The notes under the pieces were generated by a model. That model made no database searches. It was not told the origin of the DNA and was given only the letters and a program-made list of their open reading frames with translations. Below are positions 1-10,989 of a DNA stretch of 64,000 nt, in pieces (the first letter of the stretch is position 1; every line of letters begins with the position of its first letter). Both the position numbers and the translations under genes were made by a program. This DNA comes from Meiothermus sp. (GTDB lineage: Bacteria; Deinococcota; Deinococci; Deinococcales; Thermaceae), in NCBI GenBank assembly GCA_033762915.1, contig JANRLD010000042.1:32001-96000 (forward strand), given 5' to 3'.

Positions 1-252
1 GGGATTTGGCGGGCGGCATCTCGCGTTTCAACTTTGGAGGTACTTAAGGGCGAAGCCTCGAGCGGCCCAGCCAGCTCTCTATGCCGCACAATGCCGGGGG
101 CCGGTAGACATCGGTCCAGGAAAATCCTTAAGGTGTCGTCTGTGACGCGCTCCTCCGGCGATTAGAAGGGCGCCAATTTTTCCCCTCTTGGCGACTCTGT
201 TCACCCGGAACGGGGGAGTATTGACAGCGTAGCCTGAATTACAATACTATTT

Positions 253-268
253 TTGCATACGTATGCAA
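253..268. promoter_or_regulatory. Palindromic operator TTGCATACGTATGCAA (LacI-type); second copy GCATACGTATGC at 390-401
   Basis: Perfect 16-bp palindrome just downstream of TTGACA (221-226), repeated next to TTGACT (381-386), upstream of the sugar ABC operon. Confidence 0.7.
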
Positions 269-428
269 TATAGACGCTGACGCGGGCCGCTTACGGGTGC
301 TCCACAGCACTTTTTTCGGATCGCCCAATGTTGCTCAGATGGCTTTAGAAAGGCGACTAAACGGCTGCGCTGGAGTGGTTTTGACTTGTGCATACGTATG
401 CCTAAAAGCTGCCTCAAGGGAGGTCTGT

Positions 429-1343
429 TTGAGCCACACACGGGTACGCATCCACAAGGCGGAGCGGCAAAGCTTCCTGAGTAAACACGCCGCCACCCTG
501 GCGGTGCTGCCCGTCTTTGGGATCGCGCTGTTTTTCTACTTCGGGTCGGCAATCTGGTCGATCGTGATGTCCTTCACGGCCAGCAAGTTCTTCCCCGACT
601 ACGCCTTCGTGGGGCTGCGCCAGTACAGCCGCCTAGCCGACGACAGCCTGTGGAGCCTCTCACTGCAGAACCTGGGGGTCTTCGCGCTGGGCAGCCTGGG
701 CAGCCTGGTGCTGGGCTTCGTGCTGGCGGTGCTCCTCGACGAGAGCAAGGTGCGCGGGGAGGGCTTCTTCCGCACCGTCTACCTCTACCCAATGGCGGTC
801 TCGCTGATCATTACCGGGCTGGTCTGGCAGTGGCTGTTTAACCCGGGCCTGGGCCTGCAGCAGTTCTTCCGCGACCTGGGTCTCACCGACTTCGACTTCA
901 ACTGGGTCGGCGACAAGCATAAGGTGATGTACGCGGTGATCCTGGCCTCGATCTGGCAGAGCGCGGGCTTTTACATGGTGCTGTGCTCAGCCGGCCTTAA
1001 GGGCATCGACGCCGAGGTCTGGCAGGCCAGCCGCATCGACGGCATCCCCAAATACCGGATGTACCTCGAGGTCATCATCCCGATGATGAGCTTCACCTTC
1101 CTGACTAGCTTCGTGCTCCTGTCCATCGGGGCGGTGAAGGCCTACGACATCATCGTGGCCATGACCAACGGCGGGCCCGGCGGCGGCTCCACGCTGCCGG
1201 CCTACTACATCGTCGACGCCTACATCAACCGGCGCAACATCGCGCTGGGGGCGGCGGGCTCGACGGTGCTGCTGCTGATCGTGGCGGCCTTCCTGATCGC
1301 CATGCCGCTGATCAACTTGGCCCTGAACCGGAGGAAGAGTTAA
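429..1343 (+). CDS. Carbohydrate ABC transporter permease (MalF/UgpA-like)
   Basis: Multiple TM segments, EAA-like loop (QASRIDG); start placed at TTG 429 after GGAGG. Confidence 0.9.
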   Translation: MSHTRVRIHKAERQSFLSKHAATLAVLPVFGIALFFYFGSAIWSIVMSFTASKFFPDYAFVGLRQYSRLADDSLWSLSLQNLGVFALGSLGSLVLGFVLAVLLDESKVRGEGFFRTVYLYPMAVSLIITGLVWQWLFNPGLGLQQFFRDLGLTDFDFNWVGDKHKVMYAVILASIWQSAGFYMVLCSAGLKGIDAEVWQASRIDGIPKYRMYLEVIIPMMSFTFLTSFVLLSIGAVKAYDIIVAMTNGGPGGGSTLPAYYIVDAYINRRNIALGAAGSTVLLLIVAAFLIAMPLINLALNRRKS

Positions 1344-2248
1344 TGCGCATAGCCCCCGAGATCCGCTCCGCGTTGGCCCTCCCCAACCGGATACCGTCCA
1401 AGAACCCGGTCTCCCGGGTGGTCATCTTCCTGATCCTGCTGGCCTTCGCGGTGCTGTTCGCGGTGCCGCTGTACGTGATGATCGTGACCTCCCTGAAGAG
1501 CATGGACGAGATCCGTATGGGCCACATCTTCGCCCTGCCCGTCAACCCCACCTTCGAGGCCTGGGACATCGCCTGGAACAAGGCCAGCAGCGGTTTCGCC
1601 GCGCACGGGCTGAAGTCGGGCTTCTGGAACTCGGTGGCCATCCTGGTGCCCAGTCTGCTGATGTCGGTGGCGGTCTCCTCGATCTGCGGCTACGCGCTGG
1701 CCTTCTGGAAGGTGAGGTTCGGCAACGTGCTGCTCTCGCTCCTGCTGGTCTGCGCCTTCATCCCCTTCCCGATCATCATGTACCCGCTGATCAAGATCAC
1801 CGCCGCGCTCAAGATCTACAACACCTCCTTCGGGGTCTCGGTGATCCACACCATTCTGGCTCTCCCGATCCTCACCATGATCTTCCGCAACTACTTCGCC
1901 TCGATCCCTTTGGACCTGATCAAGGCCGCGCGCATCGACGGCGGGCGTTTCCTGGGCACCTTCTGGCACATCATCCTGCCGCTGTCGCCCAACATCCTGA
2001 TCGTGGTGGCGATCATGCAGATCACCGGCATCTGGAACGACTTCCTGGTCGGCCTGACCTTTGGCAACGTGCAGGCCTACCCCATGACCGTCAACCTCAA
2101 CAACATCACCCAGACCCAGACCGGCGTGCGGGTCTACAACGTCTACATGGCTGCGGCGATGCTCACCGCGATCCCGCCCCTGGTGATCTACTTCCTCTCC
2201 GGGCGGCTGTTCATCCGCGGCATCACCGCCGGGGCGCTGAAAGGGTAG
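1343..2248 (+). CDS. Carbohydrate ABC transporter permease (MalG/UgpE-like)
   Basis: TM segments, KAARIDG EAA motif, ITAGALKG C-terminus, TAATG overlap with upstream gene. Confidence 0.92.
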   Translation: MRIAPEIRSALALPNRIPSKNPVSRVVIFLILLAFAVLFAVPLYVMIVTSLKSMDEIRMGHIFALPVNPTFEAWDIAWNKASSGFAAHGLKSGFWNSVAILVPSLLMSVAVSSICGYALAFWKVRFGNVLLSLLLVCAFIPFPIIMYPLIKITAALKIYNTSFGVSVIHTILALPILTMIFRNYFASIPLDLIKAARIDGGRFLGTFWHIILPLSPNILIVVAIMQITGIWNDFLVGLTFGNVQAYPMTVNLNNITQTQTGVRVYNVYMAAAMLTAIPPLVIYFLSGRLFIRGITAGALKG

Positions 2249-2256
2249 GGGGAGCG

Positions 2257-3345
<1,089 letters not shown>

Positions 3346-3417
3346 ATCAGGGTGATTCATCCGGCGGAGGGCCGGATTGATCCACAACGCACAAGGTAGG
3401 CACAACGGAGGTCTGGT

Positions 3418-4668
3418 ATGAAGAAGACAGTTCTGGTTATCGCGGGGCTCCTGGCCCTGGTGGCGGCCTTCGGCTTCGCCCAGCAGAGGAAGCTCGGCGA
3501 GCTGGTGGTGTTCAACAACTGGTCCTCCGAGGCCGAGCTGGGGGCGCTCAATGTGATCCGCCAGGCGTTCATCGCCCAGGGCGGCAAGTGGAAGGACATC
3601 ACCATCGCCCACGACACCGGCGCGAGCATCCCGCTGATCAACATGCTCACCGGCGGCAACCCGCCTGACGTGTTCATTGAGAACAACGTGCAGTTGCGGC
3701 GCGAGCTGTTCAAGCAGGGCCTCCTGCACGACTTCACCGCCTACTACAACTCCCTGAACATCGACAAGTTCGTCCCGCCGGCGGTGAAGGAGGCGATGAT
3801 GGTCGACGGCAAGGTGCTCAGCGCGCCGCTGGGCATCCACATCGTGGGCACCATCTTCTGGAACACCGCCGCGGCCAAGAAGGTCGGCGTCAACCCCAAC
3901 TCCTGGAAGAGCCTCGAGGAAATGTTCGCCGACTTCCCCAAGATCCGCAAGGCCGGCCTGATCCCGCTGGCCATTGGGGCCCAAAAGTGGCAGCTGGAGT
4001 ACCTGCTGCAGTCCATGCTGGCCCAGGTCTCGGGCAAGCTCTACAACGACATCTGCGGGCTCAACCCCAACAAAGCCGCCATCGACACCCCCGAGATGCG
4101 TAAGGCCCTGGCCTACTTCCGCCAGATCCAGAAGGAGGCCGACCCCGGCAGCGCCAACCGCAACTGGAACGACACCACCAACCTGGTTATCCGCGGCGAG
4201 GCCCTGATGCAGCTCCACGGTGACTGGATGAAGGGCGAGTTCCTGGCCGCCAAGAAGAAGATCGGCGTGGACTTCGACTCCCGCCTGGTGCCCGGCGCCA
4301 ACGCGGTGCAGGTCACGGTGGACGAGGAGACCTTCCTCAAGCCCAAGGACGCCACCAAGCAGGCCTCGATCGAGGCCCTCTTCAAGATCATGATGGACCG
4401 CCGCACCACCGAGAAGTTCAGCTCCATCAAGGGCAGCACCCCCATCCGCCTCGACGCCGTGATCGGCGTGGACAAGCACGCCAAGATGGTGCTGGCCGCC
4501 TTGAACAAGCCCAACTACGGCTACCCGGTCTCCAATATCACCATGGACCCCGACTGGAAGCAGTCCTTCCAGGACCTAGCCGACACCTTCTGGAACACCC
4601 CCAACATGACCGCCGACGAGTTCATCAAGCAACTCCAGGGCAAGTACGACCAGGTGTTCAAGAAGTGA
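3418..4668 (+). CDS. Sugar ABC transporter substrate-binding protein
   Basis: Signal peptide, GGAGG RBS, family-1 SBP motifs (GGNPPD, MQLHGDWMKGEF). Confidence 0.9.
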   Translation: MKKTVLVIAGLLALVAAFGFAQQRKLGELVVFNNWSSEAELGALNVIRQAFIAQGGKWKDITIAHDTGASIPLINMLTGGNPPDVFIENNVQLRRELFKQGLLHDFTAYYNSLNIDKFVPPAVKEAMMVDGKVLSAPLGIHIVGTIFWNTAAAKKVGVNPNSWKSLEEMFADFPKIRKAGLIPLAIGAQKWQLEYLLQSMLAQVSGKLYNDICGLNPNKAAIDTPEMRKALAYFRQIQKEADPGSANRNWNDTTNLVIRGEALMQLHGDWMKGEFLAAKKKIGVDFDSRLVPGANAVQVTVDEETFLKPKDATKQASIEALFKIMMDRRTTEKFSSIKGSTPIRLDAVIGVDKHAKMVLAALNKPNYGYPVSNITMDPDWKQSFQDLADTFWNTPNMTADEFIKQLQGKYDQVFKK

Positions 4669-4679
4669 TCTGACCGGGT

Positions 4680-4713
4680 ATCGGGGAGGCGAACCGCTTC
4701 CCCGATGTTTTTT
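4680..4713 (+). terminator. Rho-independent terminator
   Basis: ATCGGGGAGGCG-AAC-CGCTTCCCCGAT stem followed by a T run, just after the SBP stop. Confidence 0.85.
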
Positions 4714-4780
4714 CGGCGGGTGTGGAAGCGGTTCGCTGACGGCTGGATGGCGCGAGGGCGTTTGGGATTTCGAGAACGAA

Positions 4781-4895
4781 CAGCGTTTCCCACCATTACT
4801 CAGTACAGGGAGCTGGCCGAGGTTCTCGAAGATTCGCCCTGAGCCGGTCGAAGGGCTAGCTCGCACCCTGTAGGGAGGAAATGCGGTAACCGATG
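4781..4895. mobile_element. Degenerate MITE, family 1
   Basis: Left end CAGCGTTTCCCAC, decayed right end GCGGTAACCGATG; no clean target duplication. Confidence 0.5.
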
Positions 4896-4945
4896 AACGT
4901 ATTTCCGAAGCGAAAACACGGAATGCCGCCCGCCGACCCTAGCAG

Positions 4946-5006
4946 GGGATTGCGCCAGGAGCGATTGGCCGCATCCGCCTGTGCTTCATACTCACCCTGG
5001 CGCAAC
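4946..5006 (+). repeat. Dispersed repeat family 2 (GGGATTGCGCC...CCCTGGCGCAAC)
   Basis: Same ends seen at 10885, 27730, 40943 and 61418. Confidence 0.65.
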
Positions 5007-5100
5007 GTATCCTTATCGGCACCTGTAGGGTGCGGCACGCACCCCGTACAGCTATGGGCAGTCACCTATCGGCTATAACTGGTTAAAGAGCGGAGATCCA

Positions 5101-6546
5101 ATGATTCAGTCCAAGACAGGAGCCTTCGAGATCGTGTGCGACGTGGGGATCGAGCGCATCCCCGGGTCGACGGCCTTCGACCCCCGGAGCCAGACCTACA
5201 CCATGGTTGGTAGCGGCAACAACATCTGGGGCACCGAGGACGAGTTCCAATTCGCGGCGCTGCCTGCGGTGGGTGACTTCATCCTCACCGTGCGGGGCGC
5301 GTTCCGGGGTGAGGGCAAGAACCCCCACCGCAAGTGGGGCATCATGTTCCGGGAGAGCCTCGAGGCCGACTCCCCCTACGCCGACGCCTGCGTGCACGGC
5401 GACGGCCTGACCTCGCTACAGTACCGCCCGGCCAAGGGCGCCCCCACCGCCGAGGTGGTCGCCCCGCTGACCACGCCCGACTACGTGCAGCTGGAGCGCT
5501 GCGGCCCCGAGATCGTCATGCGGGCGGCCAAGTCGGGCGAGCCGTTGGTCGAGACCGGGCGGGTGCGGATCGGTCTGGAGGGCCAGGTCTATGCCGGCCT
5601 GTTCGTCTGCTCCCACGAGATCGACGCGGCCGAGACCGCCGACTTCTCCAACTTCCGCTTCGACGTGCCCGCCGCCGAGGACGCGCCGCCCTCGCCCAGC
5701 CGGATGGAGATCCTCGAGGTCGAGACCGGCCACCGCCGGGTGATCTACTCGAGCACCCGGCACTTCGAGGCCCCCAACTGGTCGCGCGACGGCGGCTACC
5801 TGCTGTTCAACCAGGAGGGCCGGATCTACAAACTGGGCCTGGAGACCGGCCATCTCGCGCTCCTGGACACCGGCCAGGTGCGGGCCAACAACAACGACCA
5901 CGGTATTTCCTTCGACGGGAAGAAGCTGGCCCTCTCGAGCCACACCGAACACCCCGGCCGCAAGCCCGGCTCGCAGATCTACGTGGTGGACGTGGAGGGC
6001 GGTGAGCCGGTGCAGGTCACCGACCAGGCCCCCTCCTACTGGCACGGCTGGTCGCCCGACGGCCGGACCCTGGTCTACTGCGCCGAGCGCGAGGGCAACT
6101 ACGACGTGTACTCGATCCCGGCCGAGGGTGGCCCCGAGACCCGCCTCACCACCGACCCCGGCCTCGACGACGGCCCCGAGTTCAGCCCCGACGGCCAGTA
6201 CGTCTACTTCAACTCCACCCGCAGCGGCCAGATGAAGATTTGGCGCATGCGGCCCGACGGCGGCGAGCAGGAGCAGGTCAGTTTCGGTGACTACAACGAC
6301 TGGTTCGCCCACCTCTCACCGGATGGCTCGAGGATGGTTTACGTCTCCTACCCGCTCAGCGTCCCCGCCGCCAGCCATCCACCCAACCAGCGCGTGATGC
6401 TGCGCCTCCAGGACGTCGCCACCGGCGAGGTGCGGGTGCTGGCCCACCTCTACGGCGGCCAAGGCAGCCTCAACGTGCCCTCCTGGAGCCCCGACGGGAA
6501 GTACCTGGCGTTCGTCTCCTACACCTACGGCGATCCGGCGATTTAA
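5101..6546 (+). CDS. TolB-like beta-propeller (PD40 repeat) protein with N-terminal beta-sandwich domain
   Basis: Repeated WSPDG/FSPDG motifs, FEAPNWSRDG, NNDHGISFDG. Confidence 0.85.
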   Translation: MIQSKTGAFEIVCDVGIERIPGSTAFDPRSQTYTMVGSGNNIWGTEDEFQFAALPAVGDFILTVRGAFRGEGKNPHRKWGIMFRESLEADSPYADACVHGDGLTSLQYRPAKGAPTAEVVAPLTTPDYVQLERCGPEIVMRAAKSGEPLVETGRVRIGLEGQVYAGLFVCSHEIDAAETADFSNFRFDVPAAEDAPPSPSRMEILEVETGHRRVIYSSTRHFEAPNWSRDGGYLLFNQEGRIYKLGLETGHLALLDTGQVRANNNDHGISFDGKKLALSSHTEHPGRKPGSQIYVVDVEGGEPVQVTDQAPSYWHGWSPDGRTLVYCAEREGNYDVYSIPAEGGPETRLTTDPGLDDGPEFSPDGQYVYFNSTRSGQMKIWRMRPDGGEQEQVSFGDYNDWFAHLSPDGSRMVYVSYPLSVPAASHPPNQRVMLRLQDVATGEVRVLAHLYGGQGSLNVPSWSPDGKYLAFVSYTYGDPAI

Positions 6547-6589
6547 GGGCTGAGAGCAGAGAGCAGAGAGTCGAGAGCCAAGGACTGAA

Positions 6590-6652
6590 GTAGGGTGGGC
6601 TGTGCCCACCGTCTCGGCGGTCGTGGAGTTCGGCGTACACAGCCCACCCTAC
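6590..6652. repeat. REP/REPIN-like inverted repeat (GTAGGGTGGGCTGTG...CACAGCCCACCCTAC)
   Basis: 15-bp perfect inverted repeat starting with GTAG; related decayed motifs near 4863, 5025 and 7794. Confidence 0.65.
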
Positions 6653-6753
6653 ATCCGTCAGAAGGTTGCAGACTTAAAGCAATTAGCTGTTAGCGGTTAG
6701 CTAATTGCTAACAGCTAATTGCTAATAGCCAACAGCTCCCTCGAGTACACACC

Positions 6754-7731
6754 ATGATCCACTCCACCATACCTCCCGTTCGCATCGGGCCCGGCGAGAA
6801 GCTCCACCTGCCCCTGGGGATGGGGGGCTCGTTCTACGGGCTCGACCACGCCCGGCGGGAGGGCGAGGCCGAGATCCTGGAGGCCCTCGAGGCGGCCCTC
6901 GAGCAGGGCATCACCCACCTCGACACCGCCACCGACTACGGCGACGGCTACTCCGAGCGGCTGCTGGGCCGCTTCTTGCGGGCCGACCCGGCCCGGCGCG
7001 GACAGGTCTTCCTGGCCTCGAAGGCCAACCTGGATGAGGTCAGCGCCGGGGCCATCCGGGGTGCCATCGAGGCCAGCCTCGAGCACCTCCAGACCGACTC
7101 CATCGATCTTTACTACCTCCACTGGCCGCGCACCGGTCAGGACCTGCGCCCCTGGATGGAGGGCCTCGAGGCCGCCCGCCGGGAGGGCAAGATCCGGGCG
7201 GTCGGGGTCAGCAACTTTAGCGTGGCCCAGATGGACCAACTGGCCGAGGTCGGCCGGATCGACGCCTACCAACTGGGCTACAACCTGCTGTGGCGCTTCG
7301 GCGAGCGCGACCTGTTGCCCTACTGCCGGGAGCGCGGCATCGCGGTGGTGGCCTACAGCGCCCTGGCCCACGGCATCCTGGCGGGCCGGTACGGGCCAGG
7401 CCTCGAGTTCGCCCCCTCCGACCAGCGCTGGAGCATCACGCTGTTCCGGGAGGGGGTCTGGCCCCGGGTCCACGCGGCGGTGGAGGGCCTTAAGCAGGTC
7501 GCCGCTCGAGCCGACCTCCCGCTGGCCCACCTGGCGGTGCGTTGGCTGCTGAGCCGCCCCGGTGTGACCTCGGTGCTGATCAGCGCCAAAAACCGGGAGC
7601 AGGTGCTAAGCAACCGCGCGGCCCTCGAGGCCCGGATCCCCGCCGCCGCGCTCGAGGAGCTCACTGCCCTGAGCGACCAAGTTATTGCAGCCATCCCCGA
7701 TGAAGGCAACCCCTTCGGCTACCACCCGTGA
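6754..7731 (+). CDS. Aldo/keto reductase
   Basis: DTATDYGDGYSE, IDLYYLHWP, GKIRAVGVSNF motifs. Confidence 0.93.
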   Translation: MIHSTIPPVRIGPGEKLHLPLGMGGSFYGLDHARREGEAEILEALEAALEQGITHLDTATDYGDGYSERLLGRFLRADPARRGQVFLASKANLDEVSAGAIRGAIEASLEHLQTDSIDLYYLHWPRTGQDLRPWMEGLEAARREGKIRAVGVSNFSVAQMDQLAEVGRIDAYQLGYNLLWRFGERDLLPYCRERGIAVVAYSALAHGILAGRYGPGLEFAPSDQRWSITLFREGVWPRVHAAVEGLKQVAARADLPLAHLAVRWLLSRPGVTSVLISAKNREQVLSNRAALEARIPAAALEELTALSDQVIAAIPDEGNPFGYHP

Positions 7732-7857
7732 GTAGGAATGTCGCAGGTCGCAAGCTGTAAGGAGCCCTCACTCACCGAGTCTGTATGAACCCTGGTGCGC
7801 GAGCGCACCTTGCAGGCTAACCGCTAATCACTAAACGCTAAACGCCAAAGGAGCCCC

Positions 7858-8820
7858 ATGTTCCCCGAAAGCGTCCCCGACAAGACCTTCTTCCAGCTCT
7901 GCGTGATCGTGGACGACCTCGAGCGCTACGCCGAGAACTACCGCCAGATCCTTGGCTTCGAGGTGCCCACCGAGGTCCAGACCACCCACGACTACCGCCA
8001 CACCCAGGCCCTCTACCACGGTCGGCCGATGGACGCCCGGGCCAGGATCGTCAGCTGGATGCTTGGCGGGGTGGCCTTCGAGCTGCTGCAGCCGCTGGAC
8101 GAGGGCAGCATCTGGATGGACTTCCTCAAGAGCCACGGCCCCGGCATCCACCACGCCGCCCTGCACGTCCCCCGCACGTCCCCCGCAGCCGCCTTCTTCG
8201 CCGACCAGGGCTACCGCGTCACCCAGCAAGGCCTGTTCACCGGGCGCACCGGGATGTACGCCTACCTCGACACCGACCAGGACCTGGGCCTGACCTGGGA
8301 GCTGCTCGAGCACTACGGGGGCGGCGCCCACCCCGCCCCCAGGCCCTTCCCGGCCGACCGCGGCCTTGGCACCGACCGGGTGATCCAGCTCGGCCTGGTG
8401 GTGAAGGACATTGAGGCCATCGCGCGGCGCTACCGCGAGGTCTTCGGGCTACCCGAGCCAGCCACCCAGGAGACCCCCGGCCACAACATCACCGAGGCCA
8501 CCTTCCACGGCCAGCCCAGCGAGACCACCGCCAAGCTGGCCTTCTTCGGCTTCGGCCAGGCCCAGCTCGAGCTGATCCAGCCCGACCCCACCCCCAGCGT
8601 CTGGCGCGACTACCTCGACGCCAAGGGCGACAGCGCCCACCACATCGCCTTCGGGGTCGCGGACACCGGGAAGGCGGTGGCCCACTTCGCCCGGTTCGGC
8701 ATCGGCGTCGCCCAGCAGGGCCTCTACGGCGACCGCAGCGGGATGTACACCTATATGGACTCTGAGCCCCAGCTGGGGATCATCATCGAACTGCTGGAGA
8801 ACTTTGCCCAGCCGAGGTAG
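7858..8820 (+). CDS. Tandem two-domain VOC (glyoxalase/methylmalonyl-CoA epimerase-like) protein
   Basis: Internal duplication: ELLQP..SIW.DFL...GPGIHH and ELIQP..SVW.DYL...GDSAHH. Confidence 0.85.
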   Translation: MFPESVPDKTFFQLCVIVDDLERYAENYRQILGFEVPTEVQTTHDYRHTQALYHGRPMDARARIVSWMLGGVAFELLQPLDEGSIWMDFLKSHGPGIHHAALHVPRTSPAAAFFADQGYRVTQQGLFTGRTGMYAYLDTDQDLGLTWELLEHYGGGAHPAPRPFPADRGLGTDRVIQLGLVVKDIEAIARRYREVFGLPEPATQETPGHNITEATFHGQPSETTAKLAFFGFGQAQLELIQPDPTPSVWRDYLDAKGDSAHHIAFGVADTGKAVAHFARFGIGVAQQGLYGDRSGMYTYMDSEPQLGIIIELLENFAQPR

Positions 8821-8822
8821 CC

Positions 8823-9578
8823 ATGGAGAAGCCCCTCTCGATCCAGCTCTACACGGTGCGCGACCACTTCGCGCAGGACAGCCTTAAGACCCTCAAGGCC
8901 CTCAAGCAGATCGGCTACAGCGCGGTCGAGTTCGGCGGCTCTCACCCCTGGAAGGCTCCCGACCTCAAGGCCCAGCTCGACGAGGTGGGGATGTGGGCCC
9001 TGGGTGCGCACATCCCGGTGCCCCGGCTCCGCGACGACCTGAGCGGGGTGATCGGGGAGGCCAAGACGCTGGGGTATGAGTACGTAGTCTGCCCCTGGCT
9101 CCCGCCCGAGGGGCGCGGTGCGGAGGCCTACCGGGCCTTGTTGCCGCTGCTGGCCGAGGTCGGCCGGGTCTGCCGTTCAGAGGGCCTGATCTTCGCCTAC
9201 CACAACCACGACTTCGAGCTCTACCCGGTCTTCGGTCCGCAGAACGCCCTCGAGTTCTTCGCCGAGCGCCTCGAGCCCGGCCTGATGGCCTTCGAGCTCG
9301 ACGTCTACTGGGCCGCCTACGCCGGGGTGGAGCCGGTGAAATTCCTCGAGGCCTTCGCGGGCCGCGCCCCGCTGCTGCACTGCAAGGACATGACGCGGGA
9401 CGACTCCCGCACCTTCGCCGAGGTCGGCTCGGGCCGCCTCGACTTCCCCGCTGTCCTGAGGTCGGCGGAGGCCCTGGGGATGCGATGGGCGGTGGTCGAG
9501 CAGGACACTTGCAAGGGCGACCCCCTCGACTCCGCCGCCTCGAGCTTCCGCTACCTGCGCACCCAGGGCCTGGGCTGA
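8823..9578 (+). CDS. Sugar phosphate isomerase/epimerase (xylose isomerase-like TIM barrel)
   Basis: SIQLYTVRD, YHNHDFE, ELDVYW, LHCKD, VEQD motifs. Confidence 0.9.
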   Translation: MEKPLSIQLYTVRDHFAQDSLKTLKALKQIGYSAVEFGGSHPWKAPDLKAQLDEVGMWALGAHIPVPRLRDDLSGVIGEAKTLGYEYVVCPWLPPEGRGAEAYRALLPLLAEVGRVCRSEGLIFAYHNHDFELYPVFGPQNALEFFAERLEPGLMAFELDVYWAAYAGVEPVKFLEAFAGRAPLLHCKDMTRDDSRTFAEVGSGRLDFPAVLRSAEALGMRWAVVEQDTCKGDPLDSAASSFRYLRTQGLG

Positions 9579-9635
9579 CCAGGCGTTTGGGTGACAGCCA
9601 ACCTTTGTCGGCTGGGTTCGAGCTAAAGTGCGCCT

Positions 9636-10424
9636 ATGCGCCTGGTCAGCCTGACCTGCTCCAACACCGAGATCGTCTGGTCGCTGGGGCTAACCGACTG
9701 GCTGGTGGGGGTGGACTCCAACTCGGACTTTCCCGCCGAGGTCGCCCACCTTCCCAGGGTCGGCCCCGATCTTCAGGTCGACCTGGACAAGGTGGAGTCG
9801 CTGCGCCCCGACCTGGTGCTGGCCAGCCTGAGTGTGCCGGGCATGGAGCAGGTGGTGGAGGGCCTCGTTCGCCGCCGCATCCCTCACGTGGTGCTCGACC
9901 CGCAGACCTTGAGCGAGGTGTACGCCGACATCGCCAGGGTCGCCGCACTCCTGGGCGCCGAGCGGCAGGGCGGGCACGTGGTGCGGGCCATGAAGTGGAT
10001 GATCGCCCAGGCCAGGGGTCAGCTCCCCAGCTGGGTCAGGCCGCCCAGGGTGATGGTGGAGTGGTGGCCCAGGCCGGTCATCGCCGCCTGCCGCGACTCC
10101 TGGGTGACCCAGATGCTGGGGGTGCTGGGCGCCGAGAACGCCTTGGCCCACATCCCCGCCCGCTCGAGGCCGCTCACGCCGGGGGAAGTCGAGTCCGCCC
10201 GGCCCGACCTGATCACCGTCTCGTGGTGCGGGGTGAAGAGGCTGCGCCCCGAGGTCGTCATGGGCTGCAACCTGGACATCCCGGCCATCCGAAACCGCCA
10301 GGTCTTCGCCCTCGAGGAGGCCTACCTGGGCCGCCCGGGTCCGCGCCTGGCCGAGGGGGTCAAGCGGCTCTCGGACCTGCTGCTGCACGTCCCGGTTTGG
10401 CACACCACAGAGGCGGCTGACTGA
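9636..10424 (+). CDS. Cobalamin/iron-siderophore-type substrate-binding protein (BtuF-like, no signal peptide)
   Basis: RLVSLTCSNTEIV, LRPDLVL, RPGPRL motifs; leaderless TAAAGT-N6-ATG. Confidence 0.8.
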   Translation: MRLVSLTCSNTEIVWSLGLTDWLVGVDSNSDFPAEVAHLPRVGPDLQVDLDKVESLRPDLVLASLSVPGMEQVVEGLVRRRIPHVVLDPQTLSEVYADIARVAALLGAERQGGHVVRAMKWMIAQARGQLPSWVRPPRVMVEWWPRPVIAACRDSWVTQMLGVLGAENALAHIPARSRPLTPGEVESARPDLITVSWCGVKRLRPEVVMGCNLDIPAIRNRQVFALEEAYLGRPGPRLAEGVKRLSDLLLHVPVWHTTEAAD

Positions 10425-10442
10425 TCGCTCTACCCTCTACCC

Positions 10443-10745
10443 ATGCCCGCCCTACCGCTCAAGGCCGTCACCTACTGGGTTCGCCCCGCCCGGGGGGCCA
10501 GCCTGCCCGACTCGAGTGCCCCTCTGGAGCACCTCCTGCGGGCCTTCTACGCCGCTTTCCCCGAGTACGACCAGGCCCTAAAGTTCAGCCAATTCGCCCG
10601 CGTCCCCCACTACGTCTTCGTCTACGCGGCGGGCGAATGCACCGGCCTGCTGCCGGAGGCCGGGGCCTACCTGCGCGATCTGCTCGAGGCCGCCTTCCCC
10701 GGCGCAGAGGTGCGGGTGTATGGGAAGCCCTGGGCGGAGGTCTAA
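10443..10745 (+). CDS. Hypothetical protein (100 aa)
   Basis: Leaderless-type TACCCT-N6-ATG start and host-like codon usage. Confidence 0.65.
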   Translation: MPALPLKAVTYWVRPARGASLPDSSAPLEHLLRAFYAAFPEYDQALKFSQFARVPHYVFVYAAGECTGLLPEAGAYLRDLLEAAFPGAEVRVYGKPWAEV

Positions 10746-10836
10746 TTGCGTTTCCCACCCTTACCTCCCTCGCGGCGGCAGGTAATGTACTCCCTACAGA
10801 GGTTTTTGCTGTAGGGAGTATACGTGGGAACCGCTC
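10746..10836. mobile_element. MITE family 1, subtype alpha
   Basis: Ends TTGCGTTTCCCAC / GTGGGAACCGCTC flanked by TAA on both sides; left TAA is the upstream stop codon. Confidence 0.85.
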
Positions 10837-10884
10837 TAAGGGTCTCGATAGTTAAACTGCGATATGCCGCCCCAAAGCGCCCGT

Positions 10885-10946
10885 GGGATTGCGCCCGGAA
10901 CGCAACAGCTGCCCCCTCAGATCTCGCAGATTCACCCTGGCGCAAC
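10885..10946 (+). repeat. Dispersed repeat family 2
   Basis: GGGATTGCGCC...CACCCTGGCGCAAC. Confidence 0.65.
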
Positions 10947-10989
10947 CTAGGGGGCAGAGGGCAAAGGGCAGAGGGTCAAAAGCCAAGAG

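Noticed and set aside
3..47. Possible 3' end of an upstream gene (DLAGGISRFNFGGT*)
   Set aside because: Too short to assign or confirm from this window.
9579..9635. Cobalamin riboswitch upstream of the BtuF-like gene
   Set aside because: The spacer is only 57 bp and the gene looks leaderless, leaving no room for the aptamer.
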